A stretch of DNA of 64,000 nucleotides from Lingula anatina (Eukaryota; Animalia; Brachiopoda), in the NCBI GenBank assembly GCA_051362555.1, contig CM120649.1, positions 14,508,001-14,572,000 of the forward strand. The letters are read 5' to 3'. Below are positions 38,801 to 53,827 of this stretch, one piece after another (within the stretch, counting starts at the first letter, position 1; each line of letters opens with the position of its first letter). The notes under the pieces were generated by a model. It was not told the DNA's origin, made no database searches, and saw only the letters and a list, made by a program, of their open reading frames with translations. A program made the translations under genes and the position numbers.

Positions 38801-41800
38801 TTTACAACATCAAATGTGCATGACTTCAAGCTAAACTATAAAAAGTTACTTTCGAAAATAAACAGGCCTCAATGGATTGCTTTGACCCGATGAACCACTT
38901 CTTTTCACTAGTTTTCCCCATCATAACACATAACAATGCTTGTCATTTTCCCGCGAGTGAAAACCCTGACATTTTTATCATTCATTTATAATACAATAGA
39001 CGTATCATAATAAGCAAACCTTGTCTCTTTCTTCAAAATAAGCCCTTGCGAAAACAAGGGAACAAAACGCCTTTCTAACTTACCACCTGCTTTTTTCATC
39101 GAATTGAGTGATGATTTTTATAACCCGAGGCATAGAATTAAAGAGATTTAAAGATTTAAAAGATGAGTAAGGCAAGGAATTACCCTATTATCATAATGTC
39201 TCCACAAACAGAAAGAGTCTATTAAACACTCAATTTTCAATTTTCAATACATTCATTTTCCTCTCATTTTTCCATTCTACCCAAGTCTTTAGACAAATTC
39301 ACCTGAAAGATATGAAGTCGGTTCTGAATCTGTCTTGCAGAATTAAGGTTGAACACCAAATAAAGGCTAGACTGGTGGGTCCAAAGCATAATTTGTGCTA
39401 AAATCAACACTGTTGAACAGAAACCCTCCAGTATTCTACTAACTAGCATATTAACCATACATAAATTACTTAACAAATAATTGTTAAGTAAATGTTTGAT
39501 ACATTACAAAAAATACATCAGTTTTTACACATACCATTATGACTATGATAACTACAATGTCAGCTTAAATTATTGAGAGTCAAACCTGAATGAAGTAGAC
39601 TGAGCTGTTCACAGGTCAATTCATACCTCAATCAGATCATTTTGGAGTGAACTGGGCCAGTTTCTCAACCTTCAGTGTCCCGATAGGGATCTCTGATACC
39701 TGAATTCAATGATACTTTACACTGGCCGTCATTTCACTTCGCTGGAAGGCGAAGGTCTACCTGAAGTTGGGGTGTAGCATTACACTGGGGACATTGCATC
39801 CTGGTGGCTTGATTGAAGATGACTTTATCATGTTTGGCAGGTAGAGATGGTACAGGTAGGAAACTATTGCACACCTGGGCAAGGTGGGGTGGTCCGTAGA
39901 AATATCAGCTGATTGAGACCTGCAGTGACAGGTTTACATACAGGGCATTGTATCAAGAGGGTGAACACTTTTGAACCTCTCCCCTCCCCCCACCCCCTTC
40001 ACCCTCTATAAAACCTTAACATCACCAATATCAATACAAACAGAAAAAATATACTCATAAATTTGAAGATTCTCATACTATTTTGCAGTAATGCCATATC
40101 ATTCTTTTTTCCTCGCCAAAAATCTGCTGCTTTGTAAAGATTAAGTGATAAAAGAAAAGACATGATCGTGAGTTGACACTCTCCGTCTGTTATCTGTCTG
40201 AGAAAATAGGTAAGTATCCACAACTGTGCTGTCAGCAAAATTGTTCAATAGAAAAACACACATATATGTACTGACCTTTTGGGAGACATCTAAGATCCAG
40301 GCACTTCTAGCATTTAAAAAATCCCTATTGCCACCAAATTCATAAAGTAATCCTCATATCTCTACACTACCACAGAATGGTAGAAAAACTGACCGAGTGC
40401 TATCTATACATTTAAGTCGCCTGCATGCTACTGTGTCATATACAGACATTCACCATTCACCATGACAAGGCTCTCTGTCGCAGCAAATGACAGTAATTTC
40501 CCACGTTCCACTATCTAATTATATCCTACCTGGATTAGGCGCCCAAATTACCCCTTCCCCCATCTTTCTTCTCTCTCTCTCTCCTCTGTTGTGGAAGGTC
40601 AAAAACACATTACAACGTAGAATGGGCTGTAGTGATAGTGAAGCCTGGGAAATCTTGATGGGGTTTGCTGATAGTGGGGACTGATGTCTGAGACGTGTGC
40701 TCTTTTCTCACTGTATTTTCACATGAGAGGGAGCAGTGTTTTGGTTTTGCTGCTGCAGTTGTGTTCTTGTTCACCTGAATGTTTTGTTCTCACAGGTGTT
40801 GTTCATTAATTACTTGAATTGTTTTTTTTTTTCGAAGATGAAAGCCATCAGTTTAGACTTGATTTGGTTTAAACATGCACCAGGTCCTGCTTGATGTAAT
40901 AATTACTTGTAAATATATTACTCTTTTTATGCTCTTTTGGTGGACCCTGGATTTCACAGCACATTATGAATTTCCCTTTCCTGCTAAAGCATTGTATTAT
41001 TGCTTGAGATGATACTACATTAAAAATATTGTGCAGTGATAACAGTGCACCTTAAATTTAAAATTCTTGATCTGTAATTGGAACTGTTGCATTCTTAGAT
41101 AGGTTTATGTGCACTGCAGCAAGGATAAAATCATCCATAAAAAATTATTAGCCATATGTTTCAATGAAATTTTGAAAAAAATCAAAATGTTAAATCAAAC
41201 TCACCAAGGAACTTATTGTCTTGTATTCCTATTTCCTTCTGAATGTGGAACCCAGTTGAACTGGCAGAGCTCCTGGCCACTCGAAGATGATCTACTACAA
41301 ATATTCCCCTACACACCTTCAAGGTATGGTACTATAAATCCATCCACTTGCCAAAGCCAGTTGTCATATCAATACAAATGAACATTAAGATATGTGGCCG
41401 GCAAGACTCTCACTGCCTTCCTAATGAACTTCCAGAAAGAGGTTTACCTGGGACACCTTACAGGTAATAAACTCTGTCCACTGGAGCTAGCAAATCATGA
41501 ATAGGACACTGTGTAATTATATCATCCTTAACCATTGTATGTAAAGGTGTAGCAATTTGTATATCTTAAGTGTTTGGGGTGAGGGATCAGGCTTTGATCA
41601 ACAGGTAATTGGCTGTGTTACCTAAAAGGTGTTTGTTTGAAGTACTTTTGTTGTCTGTATCTGTGTTAGATAACATGTTCAGTGTGTATCATCATGTCCA
41701 TCAGTGTGGAATCCGTAGATATAGTGCTTAATGTTTTATTTTTCCTGGTGTGATAAGTTAGAGACTTTGTTCTGGAGTGTATTGGGTTGCATAATGCAAT

Positions 41801-42054
41801 GTGGTAATTTTCTAGTAGTTTTTTGAGGTTAAGCATTTTCAGTTACTCACTGGAAGTCAACTCACTTTTTAAAATATCAAATGAGTGTTACTTACATTAC
41901 ATTATTTGGATATTATTTTTTATTTTATTTTGTTCTAATACTATAAGTGATTACAATATTTATCAGAGAAATGTTTTTGATTATTATCTTTGATTATCAG
42001 ACTTGTTACACCAAAGCATGAGGGGCATGCAAATTAATGCATTTCCAGGTATTA

Positions 42055-42111
42055 TGTTTTACAAGAAAAAAATTACCATATTGTGTTTTACAAGAAATTA
42101 TTACCATATTG
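42055..42111. repeat. ~29-bp tandem duplication
   Basis: TGTTTTACAAGAAA...TTACCATATTG occurs twice head-to-tail. Confidence 0.85.
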
Positions 42112-43050
42112 TACAATGCACAGAAAACACTAATCAAGTGGTGAAGGTGTCCAGTGGATAGGAAGCGTGTGAAGTGAGTAAAAGTCTGTGTAAGAAAGTA
42201 AAGGAGAAGATCGTATAACACTTTACCAAACAGATGAAGATTATTTCAACATATGTATCTGATTGCTTGACTTATGATATAATGCTGTATCTGTTCACTG
42301 TATATCTTATATCAACAGGTGTAGTGCACCACAACATGGGAAATCGGGCAGTGTGTTGAAATTAATTTGATTCTTCAAATAAACGAGTATAATTTATATC
42401 CATGCTGGACTTTCATACACAGGCCATAACCTTACTACATTAAGGCCATGACTGCCCATTGACCAACACCTTAATTGAATTGGTCACTTTGATGAGGGGT
42501 CTTAATGACCCTTGGGCCCTGCTAGATAATTACAGTCTGACCACTTGCTTACCTTTGAATGTCTCAGGTGTGATTGTTTGGCCAGTGGATGTCCTGGTAA
42601 AGGTAGCCCTTGGTCAATTTAATCAAGGTGGCTGGACGCTGGCTAGTGAGTGGTCTTCCTCTGGCTGGAATGAGAGAGGGTTCTAATTAGGGATGATTGG
42701 TTTATTTTGCATTTTTCTTATCAAAATTTTACTAGAGCAATTGTTTTTAGTACAGGATGCAAGGGTATTATATGATAAGGTATTATGATATGATTCTTCA
42801 AAGAAATTCTAAAATAAAGAGAATTTAGATTTGTTTCAGATACTACATTTTGATAAAAATCTATTTGACGATGTTTGTCTTTTTTTTTCTTGTAAATACG
42901 TATACAAGAAAATATTGATATTAAAGAAACCCAACAATAGTAGGATTCATTTTTGAATACAAATTTTTATGTGATTGATAATAAAATCAATAATGACATC
43001 AAATAGATAAACATTGAAATCTTTCAAACTAAGCATCATCTTCTATGAAC

Positions 43051-43134
43051 AACAGAGGCAGTATAATGCTTCCAGCGCCTTGCCTCCACTTCATTCTTTT
43101 GAATAAACGTTGTTTAAAAAAAAACAGAGGCAGT
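43051..43134 (+). mobile_element. Short 5'-truncated retroposed insertion (60 bp) with 12-bp TSD
   Basis: AACAGAGGCAGT at 43051-43062 and 43123-43134 flanks a segment ending in AATAAA (43102-43107) and an A-run (43116-43124). Confidence 0.5.
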
Positions 43135-46100
43135 TATCCAATAGTTTTCACTCAGTCTCCTGGAGACAATTAATTTGCATCTGTCCTAGTGATTTAACTT
43201 GAAAATCTAATCTCCCTATCTTGTAGATACGTTTAAACACAATGTGTATGTTATCTGGATGTTTAACAGAAAAATGAATGATTAAATGGACATTTTATCA
43301 GCTTGGACAACCATCTTGCTTGTACTGATTAAAACAAAAAAGGTGTAATTTTCCAGTGAGTAGTCCATAAATCGTGACTATTAATGGATTAAGGATGATA
43401 GCTTTATTATGGGTGGTCATTGTCATTCACTGGACACGGGGCAAAATGTGAGTCACTGAAGGATGATGGGACCGATCTTTATCATTGTGTTTTATCGGAA
43501 GAGAAAAATCAAAAGAAAAGAGAGAGGAAAAATTAATTTGCTAAAAAAAAGTTTGCTAGATTTATAGATTTTTTTTTTATTTTATTTTTTTTTTAAATTA
43601 CGTAGAGAAAATATTATTTCAGAATACTCAGAGAGCAGGGTAATATCATTAGAAATGTGTCCCCTTCAATAGGTTTTGGCAGAATTTCTAAACATTTATT
43701 CAATATAGCCAGATCTTTAAAATAGGATTTCCTAGTAGGCCACATTTAATCATTTGACCCATAGTAATAAAAGTGTCTTTTCTTGTCGCCCCAAGTTTTG
43801 TCTTCAGATAATGGCGCCACTCATGTGAAAAAAATGACTTGCGACACAGAATCGGACATTGTTTGCTAAATGGCTATATGATACATGCGATAAAATCAGA
43901 GCAAATTTCAGGTATTTGGTGTTCATTTAATTTTTGCAGTGGATGTCACTTTGTTTTGTTATATACAAGAAAAGATGTCTTGATTTGAAACATTTTTTGC
44001 AGGGTATTTATTATTGCATTTATTAAAAAAAAAAAGATAGATGCAGAAACAAATATAGTATTCTAGTTTTTCTTCCTCAGATATCTAAAGTTTTATATTG
44101 TAATGCAAGATTTTCTAAAAATTGTTAGTAATAATAAGGTTTTAATCTGCAATAAAACTGGTGTTCTGCAGTTTAACTAAGCCTAGATTAAATTTTGTAA
44201 TCTTTTATTTGAATTCAAACAAGCTGCAGTGTTTTGGCTGTCACAAGAAATGTGCCAGCATAGTCTGTATATGATACAGCTTTGTTATTATCAATAAGAA
44301 TGAAGGCAGCTTCCCTGTAATTGTTGTTGTTATTTCTCTTTGACATGCTAAAATAATAGTCAGTTTATCACGTTAGGGCCCCGAAAATTGACCAACAAAA
44401 TTGAGGGGTTCATCCTCTAATGCTAAAAAAAATGAAATACAAAAAAATCCATAAAACTGATAGCAATCTACCTTGAAAGATCAGATGATGAATTGATTTC
44501 TTTTTTAGCTTTAAGGGTGGTAGAAAGAGTAATGACTATCTTTTTCTTGGTGAATATAAATGTATCAGTAGCAGAATGAGTTCACACATGCAAAAGAAAA
44601 CCTTTGTATCATACAGCATACATGCTAGGACCTTACTGTCATAAGCAGGGCCCTAAGTGAGGATTTGTATGATGTATCCCTATTGCTCTAAAGGTTCCTG
44701 GCCTGCATCATTATACACCAAGGCCCCAATCATGTATAAACTATCTCATAGCCTGGTGCTAAACTGAAGAAGGGGAAGTTGAACAAGATACAGGCTCAAA
44801 ACACAGAAATGCATTGTGTGTATGGTAGAAAATTTACACCACTGAGAAATTTTATACCTGTATCAATTGATTACTTTGTCATTTTGGGTAGTTTATGAAC
44901 TGTTTAATTGCGGACTTTGAGAAGCAGAGATACAGTTGAGTAGTCAGTAAATTTAGAGGGTTATAAACTGTACCAACTTGAGGTTTGAGATGGCTGTGTG
45001 TTCATATATTTGATTCAGTTTTTCCTTTTTTTACGTGAACATTTTGGATAATTTAATTTATATTTATAAATGTTTTAGACTCCAGAATGTCCTTTGATAT
45101 TTGATATTATAGTGCTTCAGTGTTACAGTTATGTTATGGTTATGTGAAAAGATTTTAGCACATGCATAAAAATAAAGAAAAAACTTCGTGCTGTAGACTT
45201 TTCCATTCTCTCTCTCCTTTTTTATCTTTCCTTTTTAAGTGATAGCAGTATGATGGATAACTACAAAATGTTATGCACCTGTCCATCACCATGAAATACA
45301 ACTATTGACCCTTGGGGAAAACTTCTGTCATTGAATGATTGGTTTCCTTGGGCTACTTTAAAGTGTGGCTTTTTTTTTAAAGCAGAAATGTCGTTCTGTC
45401 CCTTATTTGTAAAATTATAAATGTTACATGACTGTAACACTATGTTTTCAGTTCATATTAGCTCTGTCGTTTTAAAGTCTGATGTTAGGAATGTTAGGTG
45501 AGGGAGTGGATAAGTGGGAAGGTGGGAAAATGGTTGAGTGGATAAGTGGAAGGACGAGAGAAATGGAGAAAGGTGAAAAGATGGAGGTAGTTGGAATGAT
45601 GGGAGAATGCAACTGCAAAAAAAATGATGTAAAAAGAAGAATTCGCTTGACAATACAAAATAGCTGACAAAAAAAAAAAAAAAAAAAGAAAGAAACAGAC
45701 AGATCTTGACTAGCACATTGAGACAACATCTCTGCACCACAAATTAAGTCTACTCCCTGACCAGTAGGGAGGAATGATAAACCATCTCTACAGGTCAACC
45801 CGGTACTTCATCTCTGCAGCACAATTGTAGCACGTAGCCACCATTTGGAAAACAATTACACCCTTTTTACCCTTAATCAGTACCTCTGGGATCTGAGAAA
45901 TCTTAAATTGCCAGGTAATCATACACTACCACCTCGTGCCTTAACCCACACATCTCTAACTTGAGTTAAGATATTCCCTGTAGGGGAGAACCTTAAAGCT
46001 TTTAAACATGTATGAGACTTTAAGGGTGGCACAAGTCACTAATTAAGATGTCGTGTTTTTGGTTTTGTTGAAGTTAAAAGGATCATTTAGTATTACTATT

Positions 46101-47447
46101 GGGTTTTTCTGATTAGGATTTCATGCTATGGTTTCATTTTAGCATTGTTTGGAGTCAAAGGAATCATTACGTTGCTGCCTCAGCATGCAAAGAATTCATT
46201 TGGTTGGGGTTTTGTGATTGTGAATCTAAATTGGGTACTTGAAAAATGGATTTATTTGTGATAAATGATGGCTTGGGATTGGTCAGATCAAGCAGTCATT
46301 TAGAGGGATACCATGTGTGAATGATACGAGATTGATTTATATCAATTTCATTGAGTCCTACAAAAATTATTTGATTTTTTGTGTCCAGTATTAGTATATC
46401 TATTAAAATTATTTTGGGAAAATGGTAATGGCCGGTTTTGTTAATTTATATCTGTCATTTTCCACACAAAACCAATTTATTTCAAGATTCAAATTAAAAT
46501 AATTCCAACAATTTATCAAAAGTAAAAATTATGGCCACAGGAAAACATTAGATGATTCAATTTTTAAGCGTCTGAGGGAAAGATAGGGAATGAAAAATCA
46601 CTGTTCACGTTCAAATGATGTGTCTTTCATGTGAAAATATACATGGGAAGTTCGTAGCTATGTTACCATTATGGTTTGAAAATCATAAATAGTTTTCTTA
46701 CTGATCTTGGGATGGAGGGACTTGACTGCAATCCCTCTTATTCCATTATACAATTTCATTGTGAGCCCATCTTTCACGGTAATGACCCATTAGTTAAAAT
46801 CTTGAAAAATTTCATAACAATGTTTTTTTCTGTCACATCTTTACTGTAAGCTAGAATTTATGCTGTAACGTTAAAGTTCATGAAGCTTTAAATTTAAAAT
46901 GTATTACTTTCTATAAAAGTACAACTGATTCCCTTAAAAAGAACTATTCTTTCAATTCTTTTTTGTTTTGGCTAAATATAGATTTTTTGGCTCATTCCTT
47001 TGTGTAGTGCATTTTAATGTCTCAGTAGTTTCCTTAACCTATGGCTGTGAGGTGGCATAAGAAAGACTTTCTGTAACTGTTCCTTTTAATGTTTGCTAGA
47101 GGCAAAATAATCTTCATTCATGGACCAAGTCAGAAATAAATGTTTCCCTTTATAAAACAGCCTTGTGAAAATTTGTTGCAATTTTCTTGTGAAAGGAGGA
47201 GAAAATTACCCATCATGCCATCCACGTTTTGTTGTCGTCTGCAGATTAACTTTCTTTCACAGTTGGAGCCTGATGGCTGCTTTAACATCAAGTGGCAAAT
47301 AAAGCCTGCTTCAATGAGCAATTTTTGCAACTTTGCTTTATTTTTTGGTCAGTTGCGTACATAGAATTTGTTTTTGCCATTCTTGAGTAAAAATTTTTCA
47401 AAGAAGTCACAAGAGATTTACTTGTCATGTGACTTTTGTGTACGATT

Positions 47448-47482
<35 letters not shown>

Positions 47483-48634
47483 TGTGTCTGTACTTCATTT
47501 CAATTGGAACAGTTGCATAGTCATAAAAGTTAACGGTTTCACATCTTTTTCAGATTGTGAAAAACAGGTTTGAAATATTTACCTTGGAGTTACATAGACT
47601 TATTTAAAAGATTACACATATCCAAACAAACAAAAGTGTCTGAAACATCCAGAAATTCTAACAATAGGTTTTATTAATTTAAGTTATTTAAATTTGTCAG
47701 GCTTTGTATCCAAAAATGACGTCGAATTTGATTGTAACACAAATTCCTTCTTGACAAACATTTCAATCTAATGTCCCTTTATCTAAAAAAATAAGAGTCA
47801 TCATAGAATTTATTGATCAAAGTAGCAGCAATTCAGGTAATTTTAACATGTTCAGTGCTTGATTCTGAGCCATGATAAGTGTTGAATTTTATTTTCTCTA
47901 AGCAAATTGGAGAAATGGCATCCAGTTGGATTAACCAAGCTTACGGAGATTTCAATTTTATCATGAAGATCACCAAGTGCTGATTACCCAGCTAAAAGTA
48001 TGATCGAGTTTTGGCCAAATTGTATCATTTATTTAACTTGTCACGTCCTTATCCAAAAATGCCACGATAAAATGCTCGAGTTCTATTCTAGTTGGTTATG
48101 TGAAATGATAAGCAGTCCCGGGAGTTGATGAGTACGTAGGAAGCAAGTGTCCTACAGTGGCGAGTTTTATTGTTTGAGCAAGATACGGAGGGATTTTGGC
48201 ATAAACCTGCTCATCATTTATATGGATTTAGCGCACGTTTTGCCAGTTTTGGTGGATTATGGACTGCTTCGAGATCACTGTGTAGCCATACAAGGTGTTG
48301 TTTTGACTTCTCGTTGTCTGCGATTTGTGACAAATACCAACTGTCGTTGTGTATTTAGGGAAACTGTGATGCAACGGTGTCCTTCGCTGTCTTGTTTCTT
48401 TACTTTGTAGAACCGTATACTAGTATGGTAGATTCAATAACCAGTGGTTAAAACTAAATCGGATTTCAAGCTTAATTATTTCATGGCTTTCAAGAAATTG
48501 TTGTGAACTTACAAAGCCCAGATCTAAACAGTTTTTTTGCTGGAGACTCAAAGCATTTATTTCCAGTTTTCAATGCACTTAATGATAAATTAATGTATTT
48601 GTCAGGGCAATGTTTAATGTGATTATGTGATTGG

Positions 48635-48842
48635 CAGGTGAGTTTCTGTGGTTATTACATTTAGCAATCAAAAATGGATACTGTATTGACAACCTGAAGT
48701 TAATATCAGCATTAAGTGTATATATGCAAAATTGCAAAATCTGAAAGAGTTCAACTTCATAAAAGTTGGGTACATTATTTACAATCATTTTAGTACATGC
48801 CAGTTTTGATTGCTAAATGTAATAACCACAAAAACTCACCTG
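48635..48842. mobile_element. 208-bp MITE-like element with ~43-bp inverted repeats
   Basis: CAGGTGAGTTTCTGTGGTTATTACATTTAGCAATCAAAAATGG (48635-48677) vs CCAGTTTTGATTGCTAAATGTAATAACCACAAAAACTCACCTG (48800-48842): 41/43 complementary. No clear TSD. Confidence 0.7.
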
Positions 48843-50184
48843 TTCAAAATGACAGAGAAGTTTTATGAAAAGAGGGCATTTTTATGAGCCATTGTTGTGC
48901 TTGGCATAGTTAACTCTGTTCAGGAAATTGGATTCACAAACAAACAGACTTAATGTCATTTTCTTCAATTTTTCATACCATAATCTTGATTTAGAATCTC
49001 TTAACTTTTTAAGATTGGATGACATCAAAGGGATCTACGGGTCGTTATTTTCTTTGTGAATTTTTTTTACCGACTTTATGACAAAATCTCATTCTCTGAA
49101 GACTATTTTATGCTAAAATTTTGAATCTTTTGGTTATTGTATAATGCAAAAATTGCAGAACAATACTTGGACTTGAAGGCTCTTCTCACAGTAAAATTAA
49201 ACTAGTGGCTGGCATCTTAAAAAAAAAATCGTCATTTGTCCAATATACAAACTAAGCAAACATTAATTTGAGCCTAAAAAGATGTTTGTATCATTAAAAC
49301 CACAATACCCTGGATTTTCGTTCACCAGAGTGAAAGAAAAGTATGGGTAGACTTCAATGATTTTCAAACCTCAACCGCTGGATCTTTTGACCCACGCCAC
49401 ATAATAGGAGACTGAATCTTATGCAATTTCTTTTCTTGCAATGGACATGATTTTGGACACCTGGTTTTGTTCCCCATTTCTTTCTCTCTTTTTCCCCTCT
49501 CCACCCGATAGATATTTCACTGAACATACTAGTATATGAATATTTGATGCACCCAAACCACCATCAGTGCCCCTTTTCACAAAATATTTTGCTGTGTATT
49601 CAATAATGATCTCCTCATCCAAATAATTGTCACTAGGGTGTATGGAGAGGTCGTATTGTTAAGAGAAATAACTGTGGCTTTAGTTTAGTTTGATATGTGA
49701 CACCAGTAACTGACCCTATGGTCACTTATCAAAGCTAATACCTGGTGTATGTGACACCGATTTGTTTGGTCAGAGAAAGACATAATTTAGGAATGAACTG
49801 ATCTTTTATGATTTCTGTTGAATTAGGATGATCGTGATCTGCTGTTTCTCACAAAAAGATGTGATCCTTGGTTAGCCATCATAGTTAATGACAGTGATTT
49901 GTCAGAGGAGAAAAAAACACACTTTGTCCTGATACAGATTGATCTGTTTGGATATCTGTTGATGAAGGGTTGTTTAGAGCCACAATTGATGTTCTTTTCT
50001 CTCAACATTGACAAGGCTGTTGGTTAGCCGTCAGAAACATTTCAAGTGTCAATATGTATTACATGATTTGTTTGATGTAATGGTTATTGATACATGTTGA
50101 TACTGGATGTTCCATGATTTTTACTTATGTTTGGATGCTGGGGAGAGGGTCAAATGTGTCATAAATGTCTTAACCCTCCAGCCT

Positions 50185-50191
50185 CCCTCTG

Positions 50192-50225
<34 letters not shown>

Positions 50226-50268
50226 CACACGCACACACACACACACACACATGCACACACACACACAC
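50185..50268. repeat. Compound (CT)n(CA)n microsatellite
   Basis: Imperfect CT run followed by a CA run. Confidence 0.9.
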
Positions 50269-50562
50269 GTTTCCATTCCTGCACACTACACACCTGCACT
50301 TCAACATGCACACGTGCATGACACATCCCAATCCTCTCCCATACAGTTCAACATAACACCAAAATGTGTAAGGAATTTGTAGCATTATCCCATTATCAGA
50401 AAGATTAGCTCTCGTGTTTCTTTGATCTCTTAAAGTTAACTCATGGCTTGCATCACTTCAATAACACAGGTATGTTATCATAGAGCCATCTGTGTTCTGT
50501 TACCACACATATCTGGTGTGCTTGGGTAGTCCGGTAATGTTAGACACTCTCTTGTAGGTCTT

Positions 50563-50713
50563 CAGTCCTGTAACCAGCGATTTCTAATTTTTTCTTGGGG
50601 GTGGGGGGGGGATCTTTTTTTTAAGAAAAGAAAAAAAAACTAGGCCTTTTTACCACCATATTTGACCCAACTTGCAAATTGACAAAGAATCTAAATCAGA
50701 ATGGACCCTTTTC
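50563..50713 (-). mobile_element. Old diverged copy of the 958-1125 MITE family (reverse orientation)
   Basis: CAGTCCTGTAACCAGCGATT matches the reverse complement of the 958 element right end CAAGCCCGTAGCCAGCAATT (15/20). Further colinear blocks GGGGGG-TCTTTTT, CCTTTT and CAGAATGGACCCTTTT vs CAGAGTGGACCTTTT. Confidence 0.55.
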
Positions 50714-53700
50714 TAGACAATTTTGTTCTTAGACCAGGTGATCACATTTATAATGCCAGGAAGAAACATGCCCAATTAAGTGATGATCAAAGCTAAGTAC
50801 TTCACCTTGTTGTTGTTAGACAGCTTGATTGCAATTACTTTCTCTTGATTGCAATCAAGTCACTGGAAGAGGATCTTGTGGAAGCCACTCAGACAGTCAA
50901 GCAGCATAGATAATTGTTTTGTTTATGTTGATTACATGTAAGGTGAGAATTATGTATATTTGATGGGGTTCATTTCCTCTACGTGAATCAAGCAGGATTT
51001 TTTCCTATCTTTCTTTCCTGTAATCTGAACGTTAACTTCAGCATGGACTTCAAGTTTTATTTTACTGCTAATAAATTATAGTCCATTTTAGATAATTAAG
51101 TTATGAGCATCTCATTTTTGTGTGGGGTTTATGGTCATTGAGGAAAACTATTCTCTGTATGCAGTTTGTCTGGTACTCTAAGAAAGTCAAGAACAGAGTC
51201 AACAAATTTTCGGTCCTTGAGTGGTCATTTATGTAGCCCTGATAATCTGTTGACCAAACTGACCATAGACGACTGCACAGAGTTGTCCAAACTTGCTGCA
51301 GACATACAGCACAGGAGCCAATGCCTTCATAGACAGTCCAAACAACTTTGTCCATGAATTTCCTGCCTTCTTAGCTACACTGGTAGTTGAAGTTACTTCA
51401 AATTCTGGGCCTCTTGAAACAGAGATGATATATGTATGGTTTTTAGTGTAGATAGTCTGTAGTATTAGTGTTTTAATTCAAATGTGTCCTGAATATTTTC
51501 TTTATGTAAAATTCCATTTGTCTTATACATAGTCACAGTTTCTGTAGTACATTTGCTTACAACAAAGTCATATTAACACAGACCTGAGACAAGAATTCTG
51601 TAGAGTCACAAATCCAATATGCCCCCATAATCCCATCCACGAGCCAGACCCAGTAATCCAAACAATAATCAGAAATCACCTTCTTAGATCTTAAATAACT
51701 AAGTACAGCATCATTATCCCTTTTAAAGTCTTAGCCCTGCCTGATTGTGTCTCATCCCTGCATGCTTGTTTGCCTTGTAAAGTTATGCTGAGGTTTCGGC
51801 TGACAATACTGTACAAAGACAACACCTTTGGAGACAAACCAACAACGTTTCTCCTTACTTTCCCATAGTGAACCCCCTCCACGCGCCACTCAAAGCCTGT
51901 ACAGTTATTTGCCCGTAAGCTGTTTAAAACTCCTTCAAGACAATAGCCAAATAAATACTAATCCTTAGCATGGTCCTCCAGTATGGGGTTTGATACACAA
52001 TGGACAGCAGTGGACAAATAGACTGCGAGCCCAAGTGGTCAGATAATTTACTCAGGACAACAATGCCCACTGCTAATTATGACCTAAATGCCTAAATGAG
52101 CTTAATACTGAGAGATCAATAAAGCCAATAGATCTGGAGACATTTTGGCTGCTGGTCAACGTGACTTGACTTGGGACCAAAATGAGCTGCCTTGCACTTC
52201 AAGACTCTGCAAATTTTCTTTTTTTTTTCTTGTATATTCATTTAATTTTTATCAATTATTTATTTCATGTACATATTTTTTATTATTCGTCCATTGATTC
52301 AAATCAATGTATTAATGATTTTGCCTAGGCTGCTTAAAAAATCCAACCTGTATAATAGCAACTAGAAAGTACTTTTCTTATTTCATTGAACAGAACTTTC
52401 TCCACCCCAGCCCCCTCCCCCCATCTCCTAGCTGCTCCCTTTCCAAATGACCACATCTCCACTAAAACATACTATCCTCACATTCTTATTTGTAAAACAA
52501 TCCAGACAGAACACAACCCATTACAAGCTATGGCAAAGTATGCAGCAACCCAACTAATGAAATCCTGTCTATCCATCATCACCTTTCACAGGCGCCCCTT
52601 AATTAACAGGTGCCCCCTAATGTGGTCAACTGGTCACTTTGATCTGGCTATACCCTTCATTACAGAGTGGGAAAACAGTTATGTCAGGAATGACCCATGA
52701 AGTGGGCAGTGGTCAGCATTCCTGGGTGTCCACTCTCTCAGTCTTTGTATGGAAATTGTACCTAGTCTGTAACCAGTTATAGGACTACAACCTCTATGAC
52801 ACCTCTCCCCTCTCCTCTGCCCGTTTCTTTTATAATTTACATTTATTTGTTTAATAAACCTTAATTGATATTTTCTGAAATGGATAACATGAGTCAAAAA
52901 AAAAATATGCAACAAATGCAAAAAAAAAGTGAATCATTTCTGAAGACACAAAACATGTTTTTCTGCCAATGAGTTTTTTAAAATTATTTACTTTTTAATT
53001 CATCATTGCACAAGAAACAGTGCAACAAAAAGAACTACTTAACTGTACATACCTGTTGTTTAAATAAAATGACAATAAACCTTATCAACTTCATGTCCTG
53101 TTCTGGTCAATGTTGGACCTTACAGGTCTGGTCAGTGTCCGGCCTTTAATTTCTTATTTGCACATATCATCAAGACCGTGGAGACAGGACTTGCAGGGGG
53201 GAAATAGATGGTCATTGTTTTAGCTTATGTAAAGAAACAATTTCAACGCTAGACATCTTTATTTAGACATTGGAGTAATTCACGCTAATAAGGAAGGTGA
53301 AACAAAGAGTTCTTTTTATTTTTTTCCTCATTGAAAATGGCTTTGTTAGTATTTTTAATATTAGCTATGTAAAACTTATATCTTTTTTGTCTTTTTAACT
53401 TAGAAAATATTTATTTTGTCACTGATCATATACAAGTTCATTCATTCATTTGTATGCACATACATTAACTCATATATTTCTATATTTTGCCTTGTGGTTT
53501 CCTTAAAGAGTCCAGATTGAATAGATAGCCATTGTTTTATTACATAATTCTATCATTACCATGCATATTAAAGGGTGCTGATCAGCATTAAATTGGGTGG
53601 GGGTTAGGAAAAGCACCAAGAAAATCATCACAGATATATATTATGTTTGTTGTTTACTTCGACACCTGTCTTAATATGGAGAATTTCATATCTTCGGGAC

Positions 53701-53756
53701 AGACCAGGCAGGCATTTATTTGCCTAAAGTGGGATTAAGAGTATTGGGATAGCATA

Positions 53757-53827
53757 CGTGTACACGTATGTGTGTGCATGCACATGCATGCTTGCATATG
53801 TGTGTGTGCATGCGTGTGGATATGTGC
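53757..53827. repeat. Alternating purine-pyrimidine (TG/CA-mixed) simple repeat
   Basis: Degenerate (TG)n/(CATG)n run. A similar degenerate tract lies at ~54235-54300. Confidence 0.7.
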
